DNA from: Candidatus Hermodarchaeota archaeon
GTDB lineage: Archaea; Asgardarchaeota; Lokiarchaeia; Sigyniarchaeales; SOKP01
Direction: 5' to 3'
DNA length: 64,000 nt
Assembly (NCBI GenBank): GCA_048885535.1
Contig: JBHLLO010000001.1
Location: forward strand, 32,001-96,000
Below the pieces are notes generated by a model, which searched no databases, was not told the DNA's origin, and saw only the letters and a program-made list of their open reading frames with translations. Of the stretch, positions 40,895 through 51,574 are shown piece after piece. The stretch's first letter is position 1. Every line of letters starts with the position of its first letter. The translations under genes were made by a program, and so were the position numbers.

Positions 40895-41566
40895 ATGCCA
40901 AGCTCAATACTCTCTCACCAAGCACCTGCGTTATTAATTAAGGTAAAATATCCATATAAATTCGACGGTACTGCACTCTGCATCAGTACATTTATTCCCG
41001 ATATTGATGTTATTATTGAACTCCTTTTTCCGATCACACTAAGAGGAATTACTCATAGTTTTTTAGGGTTGTTCATTTGGACCATCCCATTAACAATACT
41101 TTTAACAATGTTATTTTCTAGGTATATTGGACCATTATCTGCTACTATTGCTAAAGAGAAATCAAAAATCTTCAAACCTTTGAGATATTTTGGTATCAAT
41201 AAGTGGGATCTTCTCAACAAAAAAAAATTTAATTATAGATTTTTTATTGTAGCATCTTATTCGGCATTACTAGGTGGATTAACTCATATTTTGCTTGATC
41301 TCCCTTCACATGGAAGAATATATTTATTTTTTCCTTGGGCTATACTACAATCTCCTGATTTCTTGTTATTTTCTATTGTAAATCATGGTACTTTTTACAT
41401 TGGGCAATTTCAAATCGAGGCTAATCTGACAGTATATAGGCTTATATGGAGTATTGAAACACTAATAACACTAATTATCTCACTTTATCTAATTAGATAT
41501 ATAAAAAAGAACAACTTAATTAGTGAATGGTACAAAGAGATTAAATCTACTGACGATGACCTTTAA
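40895..41566 (+). CDS. DUF4184-like membrane-bound metal-dependent hydrolase
   Basis: SHQAP, IPD, THS, THILLD. Confidence 0.75.
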   Translation: MPSSILSHQAPALLIKVKYPYKFDGTALCISTFIPDIDVIIELLFPITLRGITHSFLGLFIWTIPLTILLTMLFSRYIGPLSATIAKEKSKIFKPLRYFGINKWDLLNKKKFNYRFFIVASYSALLGGLTHILLDLPSHGRIYLFFPWAILQSPDFLLFSIVNHGTFYIGQFQIEANLTVYRLIWSIETLITLIISLYLIRYIKKNNLISEWYKEIKSTDDDL

Positions 41567-41601
41567 AATTACAAGAGTGAAAGATCATCAAATTATAATT
41601 G

Positions 41602-41943
41602 TTAATTAGCAATTTTAACAAGTGAATTTGGAGTGAGAATTAAATACTCCTCCCCGATACGGGCCATAGAGCCCCCATTTTCCCTTAAAAATGATTTTAG
41701 ATCTTCAATTCCCCTTTTAAGTTTAGTGACGTCTACGTTTTCAAGTAAAGTTTTAGTGTTAACAATTAGGATTCTACGCCCTAACAATTCTTTTTTTATT
41801 TCTTCAATTTGATCTAATGATGAGAAATCATACTTTTTAATTAAGAAACTTTGTTTTAGTGAAGGAAAATCTCTCGAGAAACCCATAGTCTCCTCAGGGG
41901 AACCCAGAAGGACTTCATCAATTTTTTTCCAAAATTTACCCAA
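41602..41943 (-). CDS. sepF: Cell division protein SepF
   Basis: IKKELLGRRILIVN, GGSMARIGEEYLILTPNSLVKI. Confidence 0.8.
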   Translation of the reverse strand: MGKFWKKIDEVLLGSPEETMGFSRDFPSLKQSFLIKKYDFSSLDQIEEIKKELLGRRILIVNTKTLLENVDVTKLKRGIEDLKSFLRENGGSMARIGEEYLILTPNSLVKIAN

Positions 41944-42269
41944 TTTTAGATAACTCCCAATTTATGTTTTGTAATAGTTATGGTAAAGGTGTATGTGGTT
42001 TAGTATTTAAATTAAAAGGTTATCTGGATGTATGCTTCTCAAATATAGAAATGTTATTCAGAAAATACTCTACTTTACTTACGTGTTTCTTATGATTCTA
42101 ACTTATTTAAGACATATAAAGTTAAATTTTACACTTTAACTATTGTAATATGCAGATAACATCGCTGATTTCAAATATATTGAAATTCAGAATTTGAAAT
42201 AAATCCTTATTTACTACAATTCATAATTAATCATTATAAAATTAAAAAGAATAAATTTCGATAAAAAAT

Positions 42270-42728
42270 ATGAGCGAAAAAGTTATTGTAACAAACAAAG
42301 GTTTAATAAGAGCAGAGTTTAACTTTTGGGTCGGGATTTATATGGATAAATTTTTTGATGCTCTTGAAAACAAGGAACTAATTGGAATCAAATGCCCGAG
42401 ATGTGGTGATGTATTTGTTCCACCCAGAAAAATCTGTGGAAGATGTAATTCTGTTATACCCATTGATGATAATTGGGTTGATTTACCAGATACAGGCACA
42501 CTATTGAACTTTACTATTACATCATATCGAGTTAATGAACGAAGTCATAGAAAGGCTAAACCACAAATAATTGGAATGATAAGGATCGACGGAAGTAGTA
42601 CCGCATTGATATATAGGTTATTAGGTCTAGAGCCTGAAGATGTTAAGATAGGGATGAAATTAAAGATCGATTGGGATGATAAACCTAAAGGAGGTCCTTC
42701 AGATATAAAGGGCTTCCTAAAAGTGTGA
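42270..42728 (+). CDS. DUF35 zinc-ribbon/OB-fold thiolase partner
   Basis: CPRC...PPRKICGRC, GTLLNFT, VKIGMK. Confidence 0.9.
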   Translation: MSEKVIVTNKGLIRAEFNFWVGIYMDKFFDALENKELIGIKCPRCGDVFVPPRKICGRCNSVIPIDDNWVDLPDTGTLLNFTITSYRVNERSHRKAKPQIIGMIRIDGSSTALIYRLLGLEPEDVKIGMKLKIDWDDKPKGGPSDIKGFLKV

Positions 42729-42731
42729 GAG

Positions 42732-43886
42732 GTGATTGAATTAATGCAAAGAGTTGGTATTGTTGGATACTATCAAGTGAAAATGTATTCGGATGCTAAT
42801 TATGGGCGCTACGAGATGATTTTTGAGGCAGTAAGAGGGGCTTTAGATAGAGCAGGTTTAAAAAAAAAAGATATCTCAACTGTGGTATCTGCCACAAATG
42901 ATTATTATGATGGGCGGACTATCTCAAATGCACTAACTGTGGAACCAGGGGGTGGATACTTAGTTGATGAATCTAAGGTAGAAATGGATGGTGCATATGC
43001 AGTATTATACGGATTAATGAGAATTCTATCTGGAAATCATAAGCTAGCAGTCATATGGGGTGGGAGTATGGCATCATGCTTTCCATATCATTCTGCTAGA
43101 TTGTATGAGACAGATCCTATATGGGAGCGCCCACTTGCTTATGTGAACGATATAACCTCTGCAGGATTTCAGATGAGAGCCTACATGGAGAAATTTGGAG
43201 TAAGTGCTGAAGACATAGCGGATATAGCGGTTAAAAATCGAAAAAATGCAGCAAAAAATCCTTTAGCTTTAGAAGAAGCTCAAAACCCAAACTTATCGAT
43301 TAAAGACATTATAGATTCTGAGATTTATGCAGATCCAGTGACAGAACTAATGGTAGCTCAACCTTGTGATGGGGTAGCTGCTCTATTATTAGCACCTGAA
43401 AAGCAAGCCTTAAGTATCACAGACAATCCTGTCTGGATTACTGGTGTGGGTTATAATCAAGAGACATATTACCTAGGGGAGAGAGATTTATCAATTAGCA
43501 AATCTATGGATTTGGCGGGTAAAATGGCTTTTAAAGCAGCTGGGATTAAGGATCCTTTGAACCAAATTGATGTAGCTGAGTTATTTGAAGCCTATGCTCA
43601 TGAGGAATTAATTCTTAGCGAAGCTTTGGGTTTAGCAGAAAAAGGTAAGGGAATAACTCTGAATTCTAAACTTGATGGAAGTTTACCGATTAATCCTTCG
43701 GGAGGTGCTATTGGTGGAAATCCCGCTTGTGCTACAGGTATAATAAGAATTATAGAAGCAGTGAAACAATTAAGAGGAGAAGCAAATGGATACCAAGTGA
43801 AAGGAGCAAAGAAAGCAATTGCTTCTGGTCAAACAGGATTTTGTGCCCAAAGTAATATAGTATATGTATTAGAAGGAGGTAATTAG
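42732..43886 (+). CDS. SCP2-type thiolase-fold protein (Ltp4-like)
   Basis: ESKVEMDGAYA, DGVAALLL, DVAEL, INPSGG; no nucleophilic Cys; likely start is ATG at 42744. Confidence 0.85.
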   Translation: MIELMQRVGIVGYYQVKMYSDANYGRYEMIFEAVRGALDRAGLKKKDISTVVSATNDYYDGRTISNALTVEPGGGYLVDESKVEMDGAYAVLYGLMRILSGNHKLAVIWGGSMASCFPYHSARLYETDPIWERPLAYVNDITSAGFQMRAYMEKFGVSAEDIADIAVKNRKNAAKNPLALEEAQNPNLSIKDIIDSEIYADPVTELMVAQPCDGVAALLLAPEKQALSITDNPVWITGVGYNQETYYLGERDLSISKSMDLAGKMAFKAAGIKDPLNQIDVAELFEAYAHEELILSEALGLAEKGKGITLNSKLDGSLPINPSGGAIGGNPACATGIIRIIEAVKQLRGEANGYQVKGAKKAIASGQTGFCAQSNIVYVLEGGN

Positions 43887-43888
43887 AA

Positions 43889-45136
43889 ATGGGACGGCAA
43901 GTATGTGTTGCAAGTGCAGGATTTAGTGAACATGCTTCGAAGCGGTCAGATGTAAGTATGCCAGAACTAGTGAGTGAAGCAATCGAAGATTGTTTAAAAA
44001 AGGTTCCTAACCTTGAGATAAAAAACATTGATGCTTTTGTAAATGGTAATATGCCCGCATTTGAAGGATCAAATATTCCTGAACTGTGGATGACGGATTG
44101 GATAGGTGCAAGGAACAAACCGTTAATGCGAGTAACAACAGGCGGAACTACAGGTGGTTCAGTTGCAATCGCGGGATATTATTCAGTTGCAGCTGGTTTA
44201 CCTGGTATTGATACTGTATTAGCTATTGCTTTTGAACAACAATCTCAGGGTGATACCAGCGTTGGGCTAGCAAGTACTGCCTATGGAGAAATATCTGTAA
44301 TGAACTCCCTTGGAATACCTTATGATCAATTAACAATTATTCTATCAGGAGGTGCTGCAATAGGGATAGCTTCTTATCAAGCTACTAATTATATGCGTAA
44401 AAGTAAGATTACAGAAGAAGATTTAGCTCGAGTCGTAGTTCAAAACAGACATAATGCAGCAAAGACATGGTGGGCTCATCTCAAAATGCCTAATATTACA
44501 ATTGAGGATGTTTTAGACACGCCTTATATTTCATACCCTTTAAGATATGGGATGGTTTGCCCAACATCTGATGGTGCTTGTGTTATGCTCTTCACAACTG
44601 AAGAAAAAGCAAAAGACTTATGTGATGTTCCCGTATATGTGAATGGTGTAGGCAGTGTAGCAAATGAAACTGCTCTCATTGGATATGGTGGTAGTGGATC
44701 TGGGCAATTAGACCTCTCTGAACAATTGGGAGCCCAATTAACATCTGATTTAGCCTTTAAGCAAGCAGGTATTCACTTTCCAAGAAAAGAAATTGATTAT
44801 GCTGAAGTTTATTCACCATTTCCCAATCAAGAACTTATGTGGGTTGAAAAGTTAGGGTTATTCGAACAAAACACTGCACCTAGTATGTATGAAACAGGAG
44901 TAACTGCTCTAGATGGTGAATTACCTATCAATTGCTCAGGAGGCGTCAATTCTACCAATGCTATTGGCGCAGCAGCTTTAGAAAGACCAGCAGAAGCAGC
45001 CTTACAGATCATGGGAAAGGCTAGTAATCAAGTCCCTAAAACTGTGCATACTTCTTTAGGACATGGATGGGGAGGGTATGTTAACTTAGTTACAATGATG
45101 GTTATGGCCGATGAACCAGGTAGAAAATTTAAATAA
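43889..45136 (+). CDS. SCP2-type thiolase-fold protein (Ltp3-like aldolase)
   Basis: KPLMRVTTGGTTGGS, CPTSDGAC, AEVYSPF, STNAIGA, GHGWGG. Confidence 0.85.
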   Translation: MGRQVCVASAGFSEHASKRSDVSMPELVSEAIEDCLKKVPNLEIKNIDAFVNGNMPAFEGSNIPELWMTDWIGARNKPLMRVTTGGTTGGSVAIAGYYSVAAGLPGIDTVLAIAFEQQSQGDTSVGLASTAYGEISVMNSLGIPYDQLTIILSGGAAIGIASYQATNYMRKSKITEEDLARVVVQNRHNAAKTWWAHLKMPNITIEDVLDTPYISYPLRYGMVCPTSDGACVMLFTTEEKAKDLCDVPVYVNGVGSVANETALIGYGGSGSGQLDLSEQLGAQLTSDLAFKQAGIHFPRKEIDYAEVYSPFPNQELMWVEKLGLFEQNTAPSMYETGVTALDGELPINCSGGVNSTNAIGAAALERPAEAALQIMGKASNQVPKTVHTSLGHGWGGYVNLVTMMVMADEPGRKFK

Positions 45137-45153
45137 AAAAGAGGTTATATAAA

Positions 45154-45684
45154 ATGTCTAAAAGAACGTTAAGGAAGTCAATGGATTATATTAAAAAGGA
45201 ATATATTAAAACACGGACCATACCAGCGAACTGGTATTTAACTAGTTATAAATTTAAATTTAATATCTCTCACATGAAACCTTTTCTCGACAAATTAAAG
45301 CAAAAAAAGCTTATTGGGAATCAATGTTCAAGTTGTAATAAGGTTTTCTTCCCACCAAGACAAATTTGTGGTAAATGTCTTGTAAAACCAGATAGATGGG
45401 TTGACTTACGTGAAACTGGAAGAGTAGCTTCCTTTACCGCAACTTATTTGAAGGATCCTGAAACTGGTGAGGTAGTAGAAAGGCCTATTGTGTGTGCTCA
45501 ATTAGATGGGGCGGATACTTCATATCCAGCGCAGTTAAATCCTAATATTGCATTTAAGGACACATATATAGGTATGCCTATAAAAGTTCATTGGGCAGAC
45601 GATCTCAAGGGTGGAATGATGGATATCGAATATTATGATCCTATTGAAGATGATGCCAAGGATTTAAGACCTAAAGAAGATTAA
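45154..45684 (+). CDS. DUF35 zinc-ribbon/OB-fold thiolase partner
   Basis: CSSC...PPRQICGKC, LDGADT, IGMPIKVHW. Confidence 0.9.
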   Translation: MSKRTLRKSMDYIKKEYIKTRTIPANWYLTSYKFKFNISHMKPFLDKLKQKKLIGNQCSSCNKVFFPPRQICGKCLVKPDRWVDLRETGRVASFTATYLKDPETGEVVERPIVCAQLDGADTSYPAQLNPNIAFKDTYIGMPIKVHWADDLKGGMMDIEYYDPIEDDAKDLRPKED

Positions 45685-45699
45685 TACAAAAAACTTTAT

Positions 45700-47373
45700 T
45701 TATTTTAAAATTATTCCCTCAAAGGGGCTTAAATTAATTCTTGCTTTATTAGTTTTTAAATCTAAATCAACTCGGTTAATCAAAGTTGAAAATAGTAATT
45801 GTTTATCTTGGTTAGGATAATCTAACATTATTGTGGTTTTATTGAAGTTCAGATATATATCTACTTGAACATTATCAATATACCTACGATAAGCTAAACA
45901 TTTATTCTTTAATTTCTTAACGTCGATAAATTCAAATGCTCCTTCAGATAGTGGTCTATTTTCTATGCGTATTTTTAATAATTTCCGATAAAAATTGAAA
46001 AGTGAACTTGGATCCTCTTTTTCTTTTTCAACATTTATCATCTTATAGGAATCTGGTATTCTTAACCAAGGTTCAACCGTTCTACTTACGCTAAAACCAG
46101 CATTCTGTTCAGATGTCCATTGCATAGGTGTTCTGCACCTATCACGCGTCAATGAAAATCCGAAGACCCTTGCTAAAAAAGTAACTGGAAAAAAAGCTAA
46201 TTTCTGGGCTATAGGATCTTGACTCTCTTTTAGATTAAAAAAGACATTCGACATTCCAATTTCTTCTCCATAATAGATAAATGGTATTCCCCTTAAAGTC
46301 AGTTGCAACATCACTAAAAGTTTAGTTTTTTGAATATCATTGTTTACGAGGGAAATATATCGGTTTCTATCATGATTTCCATACACATAGGTAGGTGTAA
46401 AAGGAGTTGGTAATGCATCTTCTACTCTAGAAATTATCCTTCTAATTTTTTTAGGCTTAAAGGATGGTATTGTTGAGGTAAATTCAAATAAGAAAACTGT
46501 GTGTAATCCATTATTATTTGGACCATAGTATCGTGCTAATTCTTCTATAGTTCCAAAGACTTCACCCACTAAAAATCTTTCTGGCTCATATTCATCCATA
46601 ATACATCTTAAATCCATAGCAAAATCGAATGTTTCGGGAAGATTCAAATCATATTTATGCTTGTAAAATAAGGTATCAACATGTTTATCTGAAGGTAATA
46701 ATCTCCAACTTAACTTATCGTTCCTTAATTCCTCATCTTCATAAATCGAATGTAAGATGTCCAATCTAAATCCATCTACTCCTTTATCAAGCCAAAAACG
46801 CATTGTATTAAACATTTCCTCCTTGACTTCAGGATTTCGGTAGTTTAAATCAGGTTGGAAAGGTAAAAAATGAAAATAATACCATTGATCAGTAAGATTA
46901 TCATATTTCCATGCAGATCCTCCAGTCATAGATTTCCAATTATTTGGAGGTCTTTTTCCGTCAGACTTTCTACCATCTCGCCAAATATACCAATTCCGTT
47001 TAGAATTACCTCTACTAGAAGAAGATTCCCTAAACCATGGATGCTCATCTGATGTATGATTAAGTACAAGATCTAAAACCATTTTCATATTTTTATTATG
47101 TATTCTTGAGAGTAATTCATCGAAGTCTCGTAATGTTCCATATACAGGATCAATAGAACGAAAATCTGAAACATCATAACCATGATCTTTTTGAGGAGAT
47201 TTAAAAAATGGACTAATCCAAATTGTTTCAACACCTAAATCTTCTAAATAGTCTAATTTCTCGATTATTCCTCTTAAATCCCCTATTCCATTACCAGTTG
47301 TATCGTTAAAACTTCTAGGATAAATTTGATATACTACTGTTTTTTGCCACCATTTTACTTTATCCCCATCCAT
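45700..47373 (-). CDS. GH13 alpha-glucosidase / oligo-1,6-glucosidase
   Basis: YQIYPRSF, DLVLNHTSDEH, QPDLN, GFRLD, VGEV, NHD, YYGEEIGM, RDRCRTPMQW. Confidence 0.92.
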   Translation of the reverse strand: MDGDKVKWWQKTVVYQIYPRSFNDTTGNGIGDLRGIIEKLDYLEDLGVETIWISPFFKSPQKDHGYDVSDFRSIDPVYGTLRDFDELLSRIHNKNMKMVLDLVLNHTSDEHPWFRESSSSRGNSKRNWYIWRDGRKSDGKRPPNNWKSMTGGSAWKYDNLTDQWYYFHFLPFQPDLNYRNPEVKEEMFNTMRFWLDKGVDGFRLDILHSIYEDEELRNDKLSWRLLPSDKHVDTLFYKHKYDLNLPETFDFAMDLRCIMDEYEPERFLVGEVFGTIEELARYYGPNNNGLHTVFLFEFTSTIPSFKPKKIRRIISRVEDALPTPFTPTYVYGNHDRNRYISLVNNDIQKTKLLVMLQLTLRGIPFIYYGEEIGMSNVFFNLKESQDPIAQKLAFFPVTFLARVFGFSLTRDRCRTPMQWTSEQNAGFSVSRTVEPWLRIPDSYKMINVEKEKEDPSSLFNFYRKLLKIRIENRPLSEGAFEFIDVKKLKNKCLAYRRYIDNVQVDIYLNFNKTTIMLDYPNQDKQLLFSTLINRVDLDLKTNKARINLSPFEGIILK

Positions 47374-47478
47374 AGATTATTCAATAATGAAAACCATAAA
47401 ATCTTTTTTCATTAATATAAAACCCAGACAAAAATTTTGGGAAAAGTATAAATTAGTTTTAATAAATTAATATAAATT

Positions 47479-48000
47479 ATGGAATCAATGATTGAATTTA
47501 TTAAATCTCGAAAGAGCATAAGAAATTTTATATATCAAAAGATTGACAAGGATATACTAATAAAAATATTAGAGTGTGGACGTTGGGCACCTTCAGGTCA
47601 AAATAATCAACCTTGGAAAGTATGTGTGGTTATCCATCCAACTGTAAAAAGAATGATTGCTGAACAATCTCAATATGGAGGTATTATAGAAAGTGCATAT
47701 GCTAATTTTGTAATCTTTTTAGATCTTGAGCGTTGCTACGATCGAACGAAGGATCTTCAATCTATGGGAGCTTTTATTCAAAATATACTCTTAGCTATTC
47801 ATGCCAACGAATTAGGAGGTATATGGATTGGAGAAATTCTAAAAAATAAGGAGAAAATAAATGAAATATTTAAATTATCAAACGACAAATTTGAGCTTAT
47901 GTGTGTAATTGCATTAGGTGTGATTGATGAAGCAATGGAGGCAAAAAAAGAGGAAGAGAGAGAGAGAAGACCTCTTGACAGTTTTATAGATTGGTTTTGA
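47479..48000 (+). CDS. Nitroreductase family protein
   Basis: RKSIR, APSGQNNQPW, QNILLA..LGGIW. Confidence 0.9.
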   Translation: MESMIEFIKSRKSIRNFIYQKIDKDILIKILECGRWAPSGQNNQPWKVCVVIHPTVKRMIAEQSQYGGIIESAYANFVIFLDLERCYDRTKDLQSMGAFIQNILLAIHANELGGIWIGEILKNKEKINEIFKLSNDKFELMCVIALGVIDEAMEAKKEEERERRPLDSFIDWF

Positions 48001-48156
48001 TTCTAAAAATCTTGTTTGTATCTTTTTTTAAGTAATAAAATTAATACTAACTTTATTTTAGTTAATAAATATTCCAGCATTAAGTTTTACTAAAAGTATT
48101 CATATGTCAAATTATTAAGTTTTTTTATTTAATCAAGAATTTCTATTTGAAGTATT

Positions 48157-49422
48157 ATGAAAAGAGAAGAACGATATACTCATGATTTTAATAATATGAT
48201 TAAAATTGTAATTTTCAACAGTTTTGGCTTCTTTTTCTTGGAATTTTTAATTCCTTTCCATGTTAGTCAAGTATTAGGAGCAACAGGAACGGAATTAGGA
48301 GTTATTTTTGCAATGAATCTTATTGGGCATATCATTAGTTCATCTTTTACTGGTTTTTTAACTGATAGGCTGAAATCGAAAACTAGACTAATTTTACTAG
48401 GGTCTTTTGGTAGAGGTATTGCCTATTTTTGGCTTTATGGAGCATTTATTTTGAATTCTCTCATTGGTATTATGCTGGGGAACTTTTTTATCGGCTTTTT
48501 TGTTGGATTTTTTTGGATACCTTTTGATACTTTAATTGCCGAAAAATCAAACAAAAATAATCGTGCTAATGCTTATGGGAAGAGAAATTCCGCAATAGGT
48601 ATAGGTATGTTGATAGGATCATTGATAGGATTTCCTATTTTTAGTTTTTTCGTTTCTCTTTCATCCAATCCACTTCTAATTTACATCCCAATTGTGCTTT
48701 TTGGTATTTCAAATTTTTTCGCAGGAATTCAATTCATTAGAAAAGTTGATGAGTCAATCAAATTCAATAATTTTGAAGTCAGTTTAGAAAAAAGTAATAA
48801 TCAAAAAAGAACTTCAAAATTATCAGCACATTTCTTAGTGGGGCTAATATTCATTTCATTTGTTTTATTTTTGGCTAATATTAATGGATCTTTAGCAAAA
48901 CCTTTTTTAAATCTTTATCTATTAAAGAATATTGTAAATGACCCTACAATAGCTGTTTGGGTATATTTACCTTCCGGCATTGTGTCAATGCTTTTAGCTC
49001 CTAAATTAGGAAATCTTGTCGACCGTTTAAAACCATCAGTAGGGATAAGTATAGCTAGTACTTTAGGAGCAATAATCACGTGGTTCTTAATCAATACTAC
49101 AAATTTATGGCTCTTTTCTCTTCTATTAATTTTTGACATGACGGTTATACATACAGCAAATTTAGTAATTCAGAATTTACTGAGTAGAATTTCTTTAAAA
49201 CATCGTGGGAAGATATTCAGTGTATTTAGAGTCTTTTTAAATATTGGAAACATAATTGGACCAATATTAGGTGGTCTTGTATGGGATTTTTTAGGAATGA
49301 AAGCTCCATTCATAATTTCAATTATAGTAGAACTGTGTTTAATCCCTTTTTATATACTAGGGGTATATGTATTGAAACCATTTTTAAAGGAAAAGTATGA
49401 AGAAAAGAAAGAACTGCTATAA
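48157..49422 (+). CDS. MFS transporter
   Basis: 12 TM; GFLTDRLK and GNLVDRLK motif A; GPILGGLVWD. Confidence 0.88.
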   Translation: MKREERYTHDFNNMIKIVIFNSFGFFFLEFLIPFHVSQVLGATGTELGVIFAMNLIGHIISSSFTGFLTDRLKSKTRLILLGSFGRGIAYFWLYGAFILNSLIGIMLGNFFIGFFVGFFWIPFDTLIAEKSNKNNRANAYGKRNSAIGIGMLIGSLIGFPIFSFFVSLSSNPLLIYIPIVLFGISNFFAGIQFIRKVDESIKFNNFEVSLEKSNNQKRTSKLSAHFLVGLIFISFVLFLANINGSLAKPFLNLYLLKNIVNDPTIAVWVYLPSGIVSMLLAPKLGNLVDRLKPSVGISIASTLGAIITWFLINTTNLWLFSLLLIFDMTVIHTANLVIQNLLSRISLKHRGKIFSVFRVFLNIGNIIGPILGGLVWDFLGMKAPFIISIIVELCLIPFYILGVYVLKPFLKEKYEEKKELL

Positions 49423-49456
49423 TGAATTAACATAAAAAATATATTATAAAGAAAAA

Positions 49457-50110
49457 TTACAAATACATCCAAAAATGGAAAATTCTGGAAAAGATTGGAC
49501 CAATCCAATAATAAAACCAAACCCAGTAAACATACGTAAATCCTAGATATAAAATTGCATATATAAACGCAAAAATAAATCCAAATATAACATCTACTGG
49601 GAAATGTACTCCAAGTATTAATCGAGAAATTGCCATTATAATATCCAAACCTAAAAATACAAAAAATATTATCCAATTATTGAAATACCATCCAAATATT
49701 ATTCCAAAAAATAAAAAGAAAGTAACATGTCCACTAGGAAAAGACCTCTTCTCAGATTCTGACATAAGGTAAGGGATTCGTATAAAATCATCATGTTTTT
49801 TAACTCCCCTGCTTTCGAGTGTGATATATGGTCTTTTTCTTCTTATTAATCGATATCGAATTAAGCTATGGATAATTATCGATTGATCAAAACCTCCCGT
49901 AAATATCACTAATAGATAATAATCCTTCGTTATATAACCATATAGAAACCAGAGGCACCACAGACCTCCCCAGAAGTAAAAACTACCAAAGAAGCTATAA
50001 ATTTTAGCAAAAGCTTTCGTTCTTCTACTAAAATCACTATTATATAAACTTAGGAAAACTTTAATATCCCAATTCTCAAGTTTCTCTATATATTGTGTAA
50101 TATTTGACAT
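49457..50110 (-). CDS. PAP2-family membrane phosphatase
   Basis: RRKRP, SFPSGH, SRLILGVHFPVDV. Confidence 0.9.
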   Translation of the reverse strand: MSNITQYIEKLENWDIKVFLSLYNSDFSRRTKAFAKIYSFFGSFYFWGGLWCLWFLYGYITKDYYLLVIFTGGFDQSIIIHSLIRYRLIRRKRPYITLESRGVKKHDDFIRIPYLMSESEKRSFPSGHVTFFLFFGIIFGWYFNNWIIFFVFLGLDIIMAISRLILGVHFPVDVIFGFIFAFIYAILYLGFTYVYWVWFYYWIGPIFSRIFHFWMYL

Positions 50111-50304
50111 AGCATTGAATAGTTTTTGGATGATTTACTTTTATAAATTGAGTTATTAAAATTTTATCCTACGATTAATAATTTTGATACTTTTAATCAT
50201 GTCTTTAGAAGTAGAGTTATACTATGTAGATTCAACAATATTTATATAGAATAAACAACATTTCTAATTTAAGAAATAAAAAAATTTTTCATTTAATATA
50301 TAAA

Positions 50305-50841
50305 TTGAAGTTGGATGTGGATAGAACTATGGGGGAAAATAAGTATGTTGGATTCTCTGAAGAACACCTGCGCAGGATCGCTTTAAAGAAAGTATATTTT
50401 CGGATGTCAGTTAGCATCCATATTGGAATTTTTATTACGACTATAATATTAATGCTAATATTAAACTTAATTTTTACTCCAACAATCTTATGGATATTTT
50501 TTCCATTTTTTGCATGGTTAATTGGTGTTGGTGTACATATCACTGCTTATCTAGTTTACGCTAGAGGAGTGTATCCCGGAGCTAAACGAGGTATTATTTT
50601 TCATTTAGTTGCTTATTTTTTTGTGATATTATTTCTTTTCATAATAAATATTATAGTAACTCCTGAGTTTTATTGGGCTATTTTTCCAGCAATTTTTTGG
50701 GGCACAGGACTAACGATCCATTTAATATTATATTTCATTTACCATCGCACTGCTAGTGATGAAGAGGGCACGATAAAATCAAGAACTCAACGTGCTGTCG
50801 AAAGAGAAATGGAAAAAATGAGAAAAAGACTGAATAACTAG
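50305..50841 (+). CDS. Tandem 2TM-domain membrane protein
   Basis: Two repeats of H...N..TP..W..FP...W..G...H. Confidence 0.75.
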   Translation: MKLDVDRTMGENKYVGFSEEHLRRIALKKVYFRMSVSIHIGIFITTIILMLILNLIFTPTILWIFFPFFAWLIGVGVHITAYLVYARGVYPGAKRGIIFHLVAYFFVILFLFIINIIVTPEFYWAIFPAIFWGTGLTIHLILYFIYHRTASDEEGTIKSRTQRAVEREMEKMRKRLNN

Positions 50842-50863
50842 AAATGAAATAGGTGTTTATCAA

Positions 50864-51490
50864 GTGTGGTTAGGGAGATTTTTGGACTTAGAAGAGGATT
50901 TAAATGAACTTAAGGACAAAATAAAGAAAGAAGTTCTAGAGAGTATAACAAAAAGCAAAATTACTCCGCTTGAATTCACCATTATAGAGACAATCTTCAA
51001 TAATAAAGAACTGTCTGGCTATGATCTTATTTTAAGTTTAAATAAACATTTTGCTGGTACATGGACAGCTCAGTCGGGAACCATTTACCCTATTTTATCA
51101 AAATTGAAGAAAGAAGGATTCCTCAAATCTAGGCCCGTTAAAAGTCCAATAGGTCCTATCAGGACCGTATATTCTTTAACAGAAGCTGGGGAACAGATAC
51201 TTAAAACGAAAGTTAATAAAGCCTTTGAAGATCAAATTAATTTTATTGAAAATTTTCTCATAGAATTATCATCAGTATATATCCAATCATTTCCTAAAAG
51301 TGAAAGAATTATTAGGGTTGAGGAGGTAATTAATCTTTTAGGTCAAACTTTTGAAAATATTAAGAAAAATATCCCTCCTACGCTTGAATTTAAAACTTTA
51401 TGTCCGAATTGTGGCGCCGAAATAACCAGGAAAGCTTTGTATTGTCCAATATGTGGAGATGCAATAATACAAGATGAAGATAATAAGTAA
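50864..51490 (+). CDS. PadR-family regulator with C-terminal zinc ribbon
   Basis: SGYDL, SGTIYPILSKL, YSLTEAG; CPNC/CPIC. Confidence 0.85.
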   Translation: MWLGRFLDLEEDLNELKDKIKKEVLESITKSKITPLEFTIIETIFNNKELSGYDLILSLNKHFAGTWTAQSGTIYPILSKLKKEGFLKSRPVKSPIGPIRTVYSLTEAGEQILKTKVNKAFEDQINFIENFLIELSSVYIQSFPKSERIIRVEEVINLLGQTFENIKKNIPPTLEFKTLCPNCGAEITRKALYCPICGDAIIQDEDNK

Positions 51491-51574
51491 TAAAATAACA
51501 ATATAAACTAGCTAGTTTTATGTTATTATTTAAAGAAATCAGAATAAAAAGATAATTTAAAAAAATAAAATCGT

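Noticed and set aside
41944-42269. Possible ncRNA in the 325-bp sepF/DUF35 divergent gap
   Set aside because: No GC-rich stem or convincing C/D box pair; consistent with two promoters
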